A stretch of DNA of 64,000 nt from positions 4,588,001-4,652,000 of the forward strand of contig NC_092673.1 of the NCBI RefSeq assembly GCF_964355755.1, read 5' to 3'. This DNA comes from Antedon mediterranea (taxonomy: Eukaryota > Animalia > Echinodermata). Position 1 is the first letter of the stretch, and every line of letters begins with the position of its first letter. The notes beneath the pieces were generated by a model. The model was not told where the DNA came from. It ran no database searches and worked only from the letters and a program-made list of their open reading frames with translations. A program made the position numbers and the translations under genes. This document shows, piece by piece, positions 22,421-35,885 of the stretch.

Positions 22421-23155
22421 TTTTCTGCTATTTTTTTCTATAAAGACATCATTCCATGTTAGACTACAGTATTTCATTTTGAACTACAGTACAGTACTTT
22501 ATTTTGTATATTATGGAAAATAAATGACATGAATGAACCAGTTGCAAATTCGTTTGTGAAATAATAAAATTGTCTTATTGTAATGTAAGAAATAATAATA
22601 ATTAAAACGCTGTACTGTTAATAAATCAAGAAGGAATATTTGTCGTCGTGTCATTCATCTATGAAGTAACTATCAAGTAACAATTTATTTACTGTCAGTT
22701 TGTGGTCATAGTGGAAAAATAAGTATCAAGTAACTATCTATTTAATTAATGTCATATAATTAAGTACTGGTGGTACTAATACTGACAAATTGCAATGACC
22801 ATTGACATTATTGACCAACCTAGATCAGGTCAATCAATCGGTTGTCACCTGGAAACCGTCAAACCTGTGTCAAAGGGTTCATAATGAACTAAAATGATGT
22901 AGGGGCCCAGGGCATAAAGATGACACACTGGGCAGGCCCTTCCCCCCAACTCCTCATGGTGAGACCTTTGGAGAGGCCAGTTTAATTAAATGACACCCCT
23001 ATATGATTGGAAATATGGTACAGTACTCTCGCACATAAGTCATGATATATCTAGTTTTTAATAACAGTTGTTTAAATGTTTTATTTCAGGCTGCCTTTCT
23101 AACTTTTAACAATCTTATAAACAACAACAACCTTGCTGTGAATAACCACGTAAAC

Positions 23156-26100
23156 ATGGCGGAAGATAATTCAAATCGCAAGAGAAGGGTGTGTATAGCA
23201 ACATGCAACCGCGCTGATTACTCTAAGCTCGCTCCAATAATGAGCGCTGTACAGAAAGATCCCGAGCTTGTACTAAGCGTCATCGTCCTAGGATGCCATC
23301 TTATTGATGATTATGGGTATAATTTATTTTATTACTTTTTTTAAAGTGTTATTACTGTTTAAGGTACTTTAGATACTATACCTTATGATTTGCTGTTCTT
23401 CATGTATTCAAGTATGTTAGCCGAATCTTGCTACTGTTCTGTATCTATAATTTGTGCAATATCACAGGCAGGCCCTTGATACAGTGTTACATGTATAACA
23501 TATGATGCCTGTATCATTTGCCATAAGCCATTACATAATACATGAAACATGTGACACTGTTATACAGAATTTGCCTGTGATACTGGCATTACTGTATATG
23601 TGGCAATACAGTTTTAGATAGGGTGTTTATATACTGTTGACAACCTTTAATTACTGTAAATTAATCCATAAATGACAAGCACTCTAAATATATTATGATG
23701 CTTTGTTCTACCTTTTTTTACACAGAAAATCCATTATCTATTTCGCACATTTCATCTTCAAGGCACGCATTAATTTATATTCACATATTTTGATATTATG
23801 ATGAGCTATATGCTATTTGTTATTACTATAGTTACTGCATTAAAAGTGGCTAAAGACACACTGAAGCATGCATTATGTGGTAGTTAGACGACAAGACATA
23901 CAGTATTTAAAGTAGTCTTTGTGTTGTATAATTTACCATTCACACCTTGAGAAACACCATTAAAATTGTTTTAAATGGTTATATTTTATATCCAACAAAG
24001 TGATTATTGCACCATTAACATAATACGCCATTAGCATAATCATTATCATCATCATTTTCATCTTCGTTACCATCAGTATTTATTTCTTTTAACAGTTCCA
24101 CCTATAGGCTTATAGAACAAGATGGCTTCCCAGTAGATGCAAAGTTGCATACAATCGTGAGAGGAGAAGATGAGGCAGCTATGGTAGAATCTGTAGGCTT
24201 AGCACTCGTCAAACTTCCAGACGTTCTACTACGTGTCAAGCCGGATGTACTGATCGTTCACGGTGACCGATTCGATGCCCTATCCCTATCAACCGCTGCA
24301 GCGCTAATGAATATACGCATCATGCACGTAGAGGGCGGCGAAGTGAGTGGAACAATCGATGACAGTATTCGTCATGCCGTTTCTAAACTTGCTCACTATC
24401 ATGCCTGCTGCACGGAGCGTGCTCAGAGTCGACTCCTCACAATGTGCGAAGACAATGAACGTATCTTATTAACAGGCTGTCCGTCTTACGATAAACTTTT
24501 AAGCGCTGATTTGAACACTCCAGATGATATAATAGCTAAGTGGATTGCTCCGGGAACTAAATCAAAGGAATATGTGATAGCATTGCAACATCCAGTAACG
24601 ACGAACATCCAAGAATCTCTCAAGATGTTTGGCTTTATGCTTGAAGCATTAGACCAATTAGGTGCCATGACACTTATACTATTTCCAAATATTGATGCAG
24701 GTAAGAATGTATAATATTTTTTTTTTTTCAAATAACTACAGTACTAACATGCTTACCTCACATTTAAATAAAATGGTTAAAACAGGGGCGCCACCATATA
24801 ATCGGTTCTGAACTCCCTTCAACCATTGTTGTAGAACAAGTCTTGGAAAAGGAGGTCCAGTGTTACAACCCAGTGCAGAAAGAGTAGGGGGTTATCCCGA
24901 TGTACTAGGCCATCAACCCCTGTCTTTCGTAGTAGACATTTCACTGTGGCTGCCGTGTGTTCGTAGACAACTTAATCTACTGTAAATGGCTTCATTATGA
25001 AGATGTTAACAAATATGTCAAATGTGTAAACTAATTTGACAATATTCTCTCCAAACTGTCAACCAATATGTATATATTTACAACAGTTAGTTGGCATACT
25101 TTTAAAAATAATTTATAATACTATTTCTAGAAAATTGTTATTGAATTGTAATTGTATTAAACTACTGTGGAGTAGCTTTGCGTCAGGAAGTTGAGTAATT
25201 GGTCAGATGTTTTGCCCTACCCTGTTATTGAATTGTTGTACTGTACAATAACTATTAGAGATATTTTAAAGAGATATGGTAGATTGTACACAGTTACTAT
25301 CTAACCAGCATATTCTTATAAAAAACATGACCAACAGCATTATACTAAATTTTGAAACTCCCAGTTGTAATGCTCTGTTTTTTCTTAGTCCTTGCCACGT
25401 CATGTAGTTCTTATGGGATCACCAGACCATAGTGTGTACCACCCAGTTTAATCCCCCAAACACAAAGCCTCTTTATTGCCCTTCAATCAACACCCACACT
25501 GACCTTTGATCTTACTCTGTTGTCCCTAACATCATCCAAGCATACAGTACTGTCATCAGTAATGTACTGGGTTATCCTATCTCAAATGATGATGTATTTC
25601 GTACGTAATACACCAGTGGTTTTATTTGTCTCAAATATTGTTTTTTTCTAAAATTATCCCACTCACTGTTAAGAAATATAATATTTTCGAACAAATTATT
25701 AAATTTTGTTGTATATTATGTACAAAGTAATATTACAAACATTTCAAATCAACAGATGTAAATAAGAATAAAACAAAAATACAGTATAGTGTAATAAAAA
25801 AAACCTTGCCACCTGTCTACAGTATTCAAAATATAGATAAAATGTTATTATGTTGTACTGTATTAGACAGATTTAACGCTAAACCACTAATCCGTACATT
25901 GAGGTTTGATGGATTTAACTTTAAACTCAAGGTCTAAACCATAGAGTTGATTTCTAAAAGTAAACCAATTGCATTATGTAGCCAATACAACCTCAGTTTA
26001 GTCTCTTTACAAAAGGGGCGGATTAAAAAAACATTGTACATGTTTAAAAAGCATTGCAGTGAATTGAAGACTATTTGTTAATAATGAGAGTTAGTCCTTG

Positions 26101-29100
26101 TTATATTATTCATATTAAGTACAGCATTCGAAAGAAATGACATTCATTGTCATTAAAATCCATTATTCACATTAGTGCTTCTTTATTATCAGTGTTCTTG
26201 TAGTATACCATCCTATTGTTGTTAGTGTTTTATTTGACTCTACATTATTCAATTATATTGATTCCATTATTTGATCAAGGCTACTCAATATACTATAGTA
26301 AAGGCAGTGAGAGGAGTTGGTTGGTAGTCATTTAACTATTACTACATAGTTTTTAAATTATATTATACAATTTCTATATAATAATTGTGTTTTATTTCCT
26401 ACATGGACATACTCTTGCTGTACATACAAATTCATTTTAAATATTTAATCATAGGGATCTACTGTATATGAAACATTTTTATGAAAGTTAAGTATTTTCA
26501 TGATGGATATTTTCCTCGATGGTTGAAATAACACATTTTTATGAGCACACCCATACAGTGTAGTGAATACCAATTCCTTAGTACAAACAATGTGTGGCTT
26601 TCATTCAATAAACACACCCTATTGTTACTGTATCTTAACCGTTACACTTCATTTATTGTATTGTTAAACAATATATTACTTGTGAAACAACCTGTAAATT
26701 GTAAAACAACACTTTATTTCTTTAAAAATACGTTTAATCATTGAAATCCTTCGTGCAAAACCATATTCAAACCTTAAAATTATTTTCTAACATCACTTTT
26801 ATCAAGTATCAATCATTTATTTCTTGCTAGTTCGCCTAAAAAATACATAATACTATATTTAATTCAATGAGAAAAAAATTGGGGAGAACAGAGCCAACCA
26901 AATAAATAATTTCATGAGAATTGCCCGTTCTTCGACAAGTCTGAAAATACAGTATGAATATTGTGTTATTTTATTTCTATTAAAATTCATTGTCGAATAC
27001 AGAATTAAATTGAAATTGGTATTAAAAGGGTAAAAAACACAACTAAAATAGTTGCACTCAAAAACATACAAAGAAACATAATACAATTTTAAAATATGTC
27101 AAAAGTATAAAAATTTAAAACCATAAAATGTTAAGATAGGACTGGATAAAATTGCACTATATGATCAGGTCAATTTTTAAAAATACAGAACGTTTAAATT
27201 GCTTATTGAATAGCGTAGGCAGAATCAATAAAACAACCTCCGTTGAAGAGGATTGTTGCTTCATAATCAATAGTACTTCTAAGAACATCTGTTGTTATAG
27301 ACATGAAACAATATTATATAGGTAGTTGAACATTATCAACAGGTAATTAATATTCTTTTATGCAAACATACGTTTTAGTACAACATCCAAGGTGACCCAT
27401 TTATATTCTTCAGGTTCACATGAACTAATAAATATTATAACTGCTTTATGATAATCTGTTTAGCAGTTTCAATCAATCAAAATTTTACATTTTATACCAA
27501 TACTATGCTACTATATAGTTAATTTTTTTAAATGCGAATAACAAAACCAGTTGCGATTACTGATTGATTTTACAACAGACTTTTGTACTTTTTGGTGAAA
27601 CTATTGTATTTATTTTGCTGCTTTCTAAACTGGAATAGTTTTGGTTTCAGTTTTTTTCAACAATTAAAAAAAAAATTAAAAGTATTATGCAATAGCCTAA
27701 AGTATATATAGAAAAAGGAAGACAGAGAGTCGACGATGAGTCATCTTTACTAGTCAGTGTTGACCGAGTTAAATCTCGCATAAGGCGTAGTTTTTTTAGG
27801 TCATCGCAAAAACTTTAAACATGTTTAATTTTCTCCCGGCGAGATGACTAGTCGGGCCTTGTCGTACAATGCTGTCTAAAATGGCTTTAAGAGGGTACAG
27901 TAGTTTTCCGGTGAAATATTTGTCCATGGATAATTGTACACTATGGAAATAATTGAATTGAATAAAATCATTATGAATTTTCTATAATATTTTTATTTAT
28001 TAATATTTCAGGTAGTAAGGAAATTATTCGAGTTATGAGGTTAAAGGGTATAGAGCATCACCCAAAATTTAAGCCAGTGAAGCACATTCCATTTGAGGAG
28101 TTCCTAATTCTCATCGCGCATGCAGGATGTATGATTGGCAACAGTAGCGCAGGTGTGCGAGAAGCAGGAGCGTTTGGAACACCTGTTGTCAACCTTGGTT
28201 CAAGACAGACAGGACGTGAGACAGGTACGTAGGCCAAAGTTCATGCCTTTATAATTAAATTTTTTGGTGGGGTGGGGTTGGAGTGCGGCTGCGCTAAGGC
28301 CTAAATAACACAGCTTACTTGGATCTACATGTGGTAGTCAGTAGTTGGAGGTATACACCTATTCAATTTCTGACTGTGGCTTATGCTGCTTTTGCCCTTC
28401 CCTGATTAGTAACTAGGATTTTTGTTTGCCTTCTTAAATGTTTGCATCCTATTTGCCTAAAATAATAACAAATACAAATTAAGAGGAATAGATTGTATAT
28501 CTTTATAGATTGTATAAAGAAACAAACAGATTGTATTAACATTTCACATTCAGCCTGTATAAACGCTTCCTGAAAGAAATTAACCTTTGACATTTTTATC
28601 CTAATGCAGGCGAGAATGTTCTTCATTGCCGAGATGCCGACACCACAAACAAGATAAAGCATGCATTAGACATCCAGTATCAAAAACGATTCCCACCGTA
28701 AGTGATTATTACAATGTTAGCTTTGAAATGATTTATTTGTCAACGACCCATGAATCTCAATCTTCGATCTAAATACTGTTACAGATATCAAAATGAGATG
28801 CATACTCTTGACAGTAGTTATCAGGTCATTAGATTAGATTTGACCCCACACCCACTTTGAGTACTGTGATAACCTACTATTGGGACTGTAAAAAGATAGA
28901 CCTGTCATCAGCAATCGTCGAATACACCATATAGTTTAGTTATTTCTTATTTATCCTGGGTGACCACATCAGTATAAGACTGTTCCCTGAAATGTCCCAG
29001 TACTGTAACCTTTGAAAAATCGATACACATAAAACATAGGAAAATATTTCTTTACTCTATGACATGCAAAAAATATAGATGAAAAATACATATTGAAAGG

Positions 29101-32100
29101 AACATGTAGAATAATATAATCTTTTCATGTTAGTCCCTAGGGAAAAAAAATATAGAAACAAACACCAGAACCCACGACACATCTTTTGCCAGCGTTCCAA
29201 ATCTTAGTCCCTTGAAATAAATGTCTCTCCGAAATAGTATTAGGCTAAGAGAAAAAAATATTTCATTTGAAATTTTCCAGGTCTTATATTTATGGAGATG
29301 GCCATGCTGTTCCTCGTATCATAAAGTTTTTAAAGTCTCTCAGTTTAAAGAGCGTGATCCAGAAATCTTTTGTCTTTCCACCGATGCCAGATAGCAAGAG
29401 CATGGATATCGATCACATCCTGGAGATCCAAAGCGCCCTCGCTGTTGACCTGGGTGGCACGCATCTTAGGGTTGCCATAGTTACAAATTCAGTAAGTGTA
29501 AACAGAGGAGATATATAGTCTTCCATGGTGTAAGTGTTAATTAAATTGAATGAAATAATGAACGTGGGTAATATCATAAGCCACCTGAATAATTTATACA
29601 TGTGGCATTTTTCTGTTCTGTAGTGTTTAAACAGGACAAATAGGTTAAATATGTTTACCTTCTCTCATATCTCTACCTTTGTATCCTATTGTAGTTTTTG
29701 TATTTCTTTATCTCTATCTGTCCTCTGAGTGTTTGTACACAACCATAATTATTTGCTTTATTTTCAATGTTTTTATCTGCTTACACCATAGAGGAATAAT
29801 ACAATTTTGCTGTGTTTGCACAACTTCTTTTCTCTATCAAACTTAAATACAGTCAATGTTGCGGTTAAAGTTGTTATTCATTCAAACGCAACAACCGGTT
29901 GAACATCTGATATGACGTAAATACTATAGGAATATGACCAATGATTATACTTTATTAAGCTCTGTCTACACTATCAAACTTTATGTGACAAACAAATGTG
30001 ATGTGCCCATATATGAACATGACGATGTCATATCACTACCATATTTAAGCATATCACTACTATATTTAGACACTTTTTTTTGTCACTAGTTTGAACAAAA
30101 TCTTATTTAGAATTACCTACCTTTATTGGCTTATATTTTTGTTGAAAACATATTATTTAATATGCAACATACAAAAATATAGAGGGAGAATATATAATCT
30201 TGTTTCGTTTATAATATAATAATGCCGTAGGCTGTTTTATACATTACAGAGACAGTCATATATTATTAAAACAACTTTATATCTTATTGCTACTGTAGCT
30301 AGAACTAGGTCTTTATTTGAAGCCATAAATGTAATAGAATTTTATTTATTACACCTGAAATTGTTTTTCAAGGATTTAAAGTAGTCCTATAACTCAATAT
30401 GGTGCTTAATTATTTAAGCTTTAGACTGTATTGTTTATTATAAACTTAATATTCTACGTAGGTGTTATAAATCAAAACAATAATAAATATAATTTAATAT
30501 TAACAACAATAACCATTTTCTTTGTGCTAATTCAATGTATGTGAATTTCTCTTAAATAATCCTTTTATCCATATGGTGGTATAAACTTGAATGTTTAACT
30601 CAATTACAATTAACGTATTAAACTCTGTCTACACTATCAAACTTTATGTGCCAAACAAATGTCATGTGCCCATATATAGACATGATGATGTCATATCATT
30701 ACCATATTTGATTGTATCACTACCATATTTGGGCACATCACACTTTTTTTTCAAACTAGTATGATGTAGAGTTTTACCTATTGCTTGTTTTCATTTACAG
30801 GGAAAGATTGTTTATAAAACATCAAAGCCTACACCAGATGGTAACGATGAAAAACTAAGAGAATTATTGAATATGTTGCAAGAAGCATGTTGTGAAGCGG
30901 TCGACTTAAATTGTAGAATTTTAGGAGTTGGTAAGTGATTTATCATCATTTTTGTGCCTAATTCACTCCTCGAGGAGCGAGATACAACTTAAAAAGTAGA
31001 AATTTTCATTAGACACCCCTCTCCACAAATGGTATAATGCATGAACTATGCTCTTAAGTTGGAGCCTCCCCACAAACCACCATTGTCATTTCTTTTCGAG
31101 ACATGAGAGAGTATCGCTTGTGTTGTAATATGCAGCACCTTAAATGCACAATGAAGATAAATTAAATAATAAACAAACAAAATAGGACCTACATGGTGTA
31201 TACATGATAGAACATCTTGTCATGTTAGTCTCTAGAAAAAGGGGAAAAAAGAGAAGGTACTGTAGAATCAAGTAAATTTTACAGTTCCTCCATTGAAACA
31301 ATAATGTACATTATCAATATATTACAACAATTGATAAAAACAGTTTGGTTTTTCTTCACTGGTGGTATTATCATTTCCTTTTCACGCTATTCCCCTTAGT
31401 ATTTTTCAACCAGGTACTCATTATACAGCTAAGTGCACTGTGATTCGCTCTCTAAATTCATTTTTACTTGATTTTTGTAGGAATTAGTACAGGAGGAAGA
31501 GTGAACCCAAGAGCCGGGATTGTTATGCACTCAACCAAAGCACTTGATGGTAATTATATGCATCATTCTGCCATTTTTAGTTTTGTGGTTAGTAAGATTT
31601 CCATTTGAATTGTGTGGTTTATATGTGGATGTTTGTTTTGTTATAGCTCTTAGATTTGAATAAGTAATACAGTACCAATACCAGTTCCCTGAATTGGGTT
31701 AATTACTTAAACAGGCCTAGAAAAAGGTTGAGGTAATCTTTTTTCAATGTAAAAGAGAGGAGGGCAATTTTGAATCATGTTAAACATGTCTATTACTTGC
31801 AAATCCTTCATGTTAATCATATTTTCTTATGGGCAATATGTTTAATTTTATTCTTTAAATATTTTAACATGGCTGGAAATTTGTCTTAATTCCTTGCATG
31901 TGGTTTTTAAATTTCTGTTAATATCCAATCCATTTGCAGGTTGGAATGAGATTGACCTGAGGTCACCAATTTCAGCCAAGATGCATCTTCCAGTTTGGGT
32001 TGACAATGACGGAAACTGTGCTGCTCTGGGAGAGAGAAAGTTTGGATGTGGAGTAAACATTGAAGACTTCATTACTATTGCCACTGGAACAGGTATGCTG

Positions 32101-33641
32101 GCATTCTTTAAAATCATTTGTCACATTTTGTAATAATATTTGACAAATGTGATGTGTCCAAATATGGTAGTGATACGACATCATCATGTCCATATATGGG
32201 CACATCACATTTGGGAACATAAAGTTTGATAGTGTAGACAGACTTATTTATTTTAAAGTACCTACCATCTATCGAGTACTTTGGTACATAAGCGGTTCTT
32301 AGCAGGAAATTACCCTAGTTGTAGATCTTATCAGTGTAGAGACCAAAAGAGTCGACACTAATATTAATTTTGCGTAAGTATTTATGCATAATTAACAGGT
32401 GTTGAGGAAGAACTCATTTATATTTGTCATCTTTTGCAGGAATTGGTGGCGGTATTATACTTGATAATAAACTCATACATGGCAACAATTTCTGTGCGGC
32501 TGAACTTGGACATATCAAGGTATCTCTGGATGGTCCTAAATGTCTGTGTGGTAGTACTGGTTGTGCAGAGGCGTATTCGTCTGGTGCTGCCCTCCAGAGG
32601 GAGGCTGTCAAGCTTAATGAAGGTGCGTAGTTATAATTGTACTTCAAAATTTCATTAGCATATAGTATACACATTTTTTGAAGTTGAAATAGAACAGACT
32701 GTCAATGAAAATATTCTCTTCCTTTTTGGTGTCCAGTTTTTTTTAAGCTAAAGTAATCTTATCTTTTGCAGCTGGTGAGCTATTTATTAATGGTTACAAG
32801 AATGAAGGCAACCAACAAATCAGTGCGAAACATCTTATGGAGGCTGCAGAACATGGTAATCAGAAGGCACAGGCTGTCATAGATCTAGGTAAAGTATTAG
32901 CTGTTCATCTTATACACCATAGCAAAGAGAGTAACACAATGACGACATATTTATATAGATGCCACTGTATTACACCTGAGCTCGATATTCACCCATTGTA
33001 AACTAGTATTTTGCTAGTAGATGAAACTTGTATGTGCAATATCTGGTCCACTGTGCTTTGGTTACCATAAAGCCCTGCATACACTAACAATTTGTGAGCT
33101 ACAGCCTTTGAACCACTGACTTCCAACACCTGTCCATTTCTCTGGGATCCATCAGCAAACGTTAAGGTTACAATCTCTGCAAACTTTGGAAACTGCAGAA
33201 ATAATGTGCTGTCTACACTGTCAAACAAGTTTGACAAAAAAAGTGTGATGTGCCCAAATATGATAGTGATAAGACATCATCGTGTCCATATATGGGCACA
33301 TCACATTTTGTTGTCACATAAGGTTTGATAGTGGAGACAGAGCTTAAGCGCAATCAATTATCCATCAATTAGTTATTGTAATAATCATTATGTTATGTTC
33401 TTTAGCTGCCAAGGCAATGGGCTATGCTGTCACCAGTATGTTGCACGTCCTCAATCCGTCTCTTGTCATTCTTTGTGGAATATTTGCGCCATTATACGTC
33501 AATGAAGTGCGTAGGATGGTGGATGAAGATGCCCTGCGGTCAGCTAGAAATGTTCAAATTAGGGCGTCAGAACTTGTTGAACCTGCCTTGCTTGGAGCTG
33601 CTAGTATTGTATTAGAATATGCAACAAGACGAACATATTAG
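23156..33641 (+). CDS. GNE: Bifunctional UDP-GlcNAc 2-epimerase / ManNAc kinase, ~721 aa
   Basis: Exons 23156-23316, 24096-24700, 28012-28224, 28610-28697, 29281-29491, 30801-30930, 31481-31549, 31940-32092, 32440-32622, 32772-32888, 33406-33641 (2166 nt). Motifs [79 protein letters not shown] (ROK zinc site), ATRRTY*. Confidence 0.97.
29956..30093. mobile_element. MITE-A copy (2 internal units)
   Basis: AAGCTCTGTCTACACTATCAAACTTTATGTGAC..; right TIR eroded. Confidence 0.8.
30619..30771. mobile_element. MITE-A copy (2 internal units)
   Basis: CTCTGTCTACACTATCAAAC..GGGCACATCACAC..AAACTAGTATGATGTAGAG; ends 30 bp before a GNE exon. Confidence 0.8.
32139..32241. mobile_element. MITE-A partial copy
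   Basis: TTTGACAAATGTGATGTGTCCAAATATGGTAGTGATA..AAAGTTTGATAGTGTAGACAG. Confidence 0.8.
33094..33204 (-). pseudogene. Duplicated V-ATPase B exon 3 with its splice acceptor, inside the last GNE intron
   Basis: 33094-33192 reverse complement matches 10348-10446 at 95/99 nt ([32 protein letters not shown]); preceded by ATTATTTCTGCAG versus the original TTTATTTTCTTCAG; donor lost. Confidence 0.93.
33208..33345. mobile_element. MITE-A copy abutting the duplicated exon
   Basis: GCTGTCTACACTGTCAAAC ... TTTGATAGTGGAGACAGAGCTT. Confidence 0.85.
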
Positions 33642-33671
33642 ATAGAAATGTATTACCATACTGACCGTTAT

Positions 33672-33792
33672 AAAGCTCTGTCTACACAATCAAACTTTGT
33701 GACAACAAGAATTGATGTGCCCATATATGGACACGATGGTGTCATATCACTACCATATTTGTCACATCAAGTTTGATAGTGTAGACAGAGTT
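33672..33792. mobile_element. MITE-A copy in the GNE 3' UTR
   Basis: TA|AAGCTCTGTCTACAC ... GATAGTGTAGACAGAGTT|TA; starts ~30 bp after the stop codon. Confidence 0.85.
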
Positions 33793-35495
33793 TAGTCTAC
33801 CACCCTCAAATATCAAGTAATCTTTATAACCCAATAAATTTTGGCTTTCCATATAAGCCCACCGCAAGTTAAATGGGCTTATGCTTGAGTCAGTTCATTG
33901 TACAATTCAAGTTAAATTGTTTTTATACAGTGAACTTCACAGTTACACACAGTGTAACATGGGACCAAAAAAACAGTAAATTTGAGTTAAGGTATATGGA
34001 AAAAAGATAGACCTATATGAAAATGAATATTTATATTAAAAAATAAGTGTTATACATAACACATCCTTTTAAATTTTTCAATTTGTTTATTTAATTTAAA
34101 TCAAATAACGGACACATAGAAGAAGAATAAAGAAAATATATTATTATTTCTCAAAAAATTATATATATATATATTTAGTGTGTGTAGAATCTGAATTTTT
34201 CAATTCTTGCTAAATATGGGATTAGTATTATTAGAAATAGTATTAATTACAATTATGATCAGGTATAAGGATTCGCCTTGCTTTACCTTTATGACCAAAT
34301 AAGAACTTTTATTTGTCAGCCTTTATCAAAACTTCTTTATAGAATTACTTAATATATATTATGCTTTATAATAATTTACCTAAAATTATATTTTTGAATT
34401 ATTAAAGTATACCTGAAAGTAGATTTTAATTTGCATATAGTAGTTAGCAGCTGATCAAATATGACACTTATTAAAGTTGATTTAAAATAAAAGATGCATG
34501 AATTAATGTACAAATTATCTAAGTTATTAAAGAAAATGTAATGATACTGCCCGTTGATTGCTCTCATATACTGCCGAAAATTGCACTCAATTAAACGCGA
34601 AATAACATTGTGATGTTTTTCAAACTCAGTATTATAGGTTTATAGAATCAATATCCAGTAACAAAATATCAGGACAAGAATTTCAATAGTAAAGGTTTTA
34701 TTCTCAATAATTCATAGATAATAGATAATTTTGTGGATAAAATTGTGTTTAGTTTGTCCTGATTATTTTTTGCAACTATAATTAACTGTATACAGAATTG
34801 AAAAATATTATTTATACAATATACAGTGGATATTATAAGATTTTATTTTTTACTAAATTAATCAAATTAAGCTGATATTTTTGTGGATTTGAGATGAATA
34901 ATAACTGAGACCAGGTTTAATTTGATAATCTTCAAATTTGTAAATAAATTATGTATTTGTATGATCCTCTTTAAATCATAAAGTAGAGGTGATGGGTATT
35001 TTCCTGTATGAAAATTATGAATTTATAAATATATATTTTGTTTGTTTTATTTTGTTGCTTTCTGTGTACAAAAAATGCGGTTAATGATATATTTTATTCT
35101 ACCAAAGTATATTTTGGTACTGTACTGTATACGTATTATTTTACAGTGGCAGTATTAACAAAAATACTACTAGATAACTGCTTAAATTTAATGATGCTGC
35201 ATTTGTATTGAGATGGATCCTAGCTATCCTTCTTTGAGTAGCAAATTGCCTTTATAACTCCGATGACATTCCATATTTCAAATTTCAAAAACAAATATCT
35301 TTATTATTTTTAAGTTATACGTATTATTAGATCAGCTTCTAGTGGTTAATATATATTTTGATTTTCTTTTTCGATAAATAAAAAAATTCAAAATGTTATT
35401 TAATAATTTTCTTGTTATTTATGATTACCATACATAAATTTAATATTGAATATTTGATACAATTTTAGTACATTTCTCAAATGTTTTTAATTGTA

Positions 35496-35710
35496 TGGCT
35501 CTAACTCTTACTATCAAACTAGTTTTTGCTACTAGATGAAAGTTGTTGTATGTGCAATGTCTGGTCCACTGCGCTTTGTCTATGAAACTAGTTTGACAAA
35601 ACAAGTTAGATGTGCCCAAATATGGTACTGATATGACATCATCATGTCCATATATGGGCACATTACATTTTTTTTTTGTCACAAAAAGTTTTATAGTGTA
35701 GACAGAGCTT
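35496..35710. mobile_element. Composite MITE-A carrying a ~55-bp extra segment X
   Basis: Degenerate left TIR + TTGCTACTAGATGAAAG..CTGGTCCACTGC + second left TIR + MITE body + right TIR. Segment X also occurs at 33010-33055. Confidence 0.75.
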
Positions 35711-35885
35711 TAAATAGGGTGAGGTAGTCACTCTTTTGGAGTACAGTAGTCTAGATAAGAACCTCTTTTAATGGGACACCTCTGGGATCCAATAAAGCAT
35801 CCTCTTAATTTGGTTGAGCTGTTATGTCAATTTACATATATTTCCTAGGAAAGTGTCCTCTGAATAGGACTGTATGTTTAAGAAC

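Noticed and set aside
32989-33237. 82-aa ORF containing V-ATPase B sequence as a second functional gene
   Set aside because: Only one exon is present, the start lies in MITE sequence, the donor is lost and all substitutions are non-synonymous; treated as a duplicated fragment.
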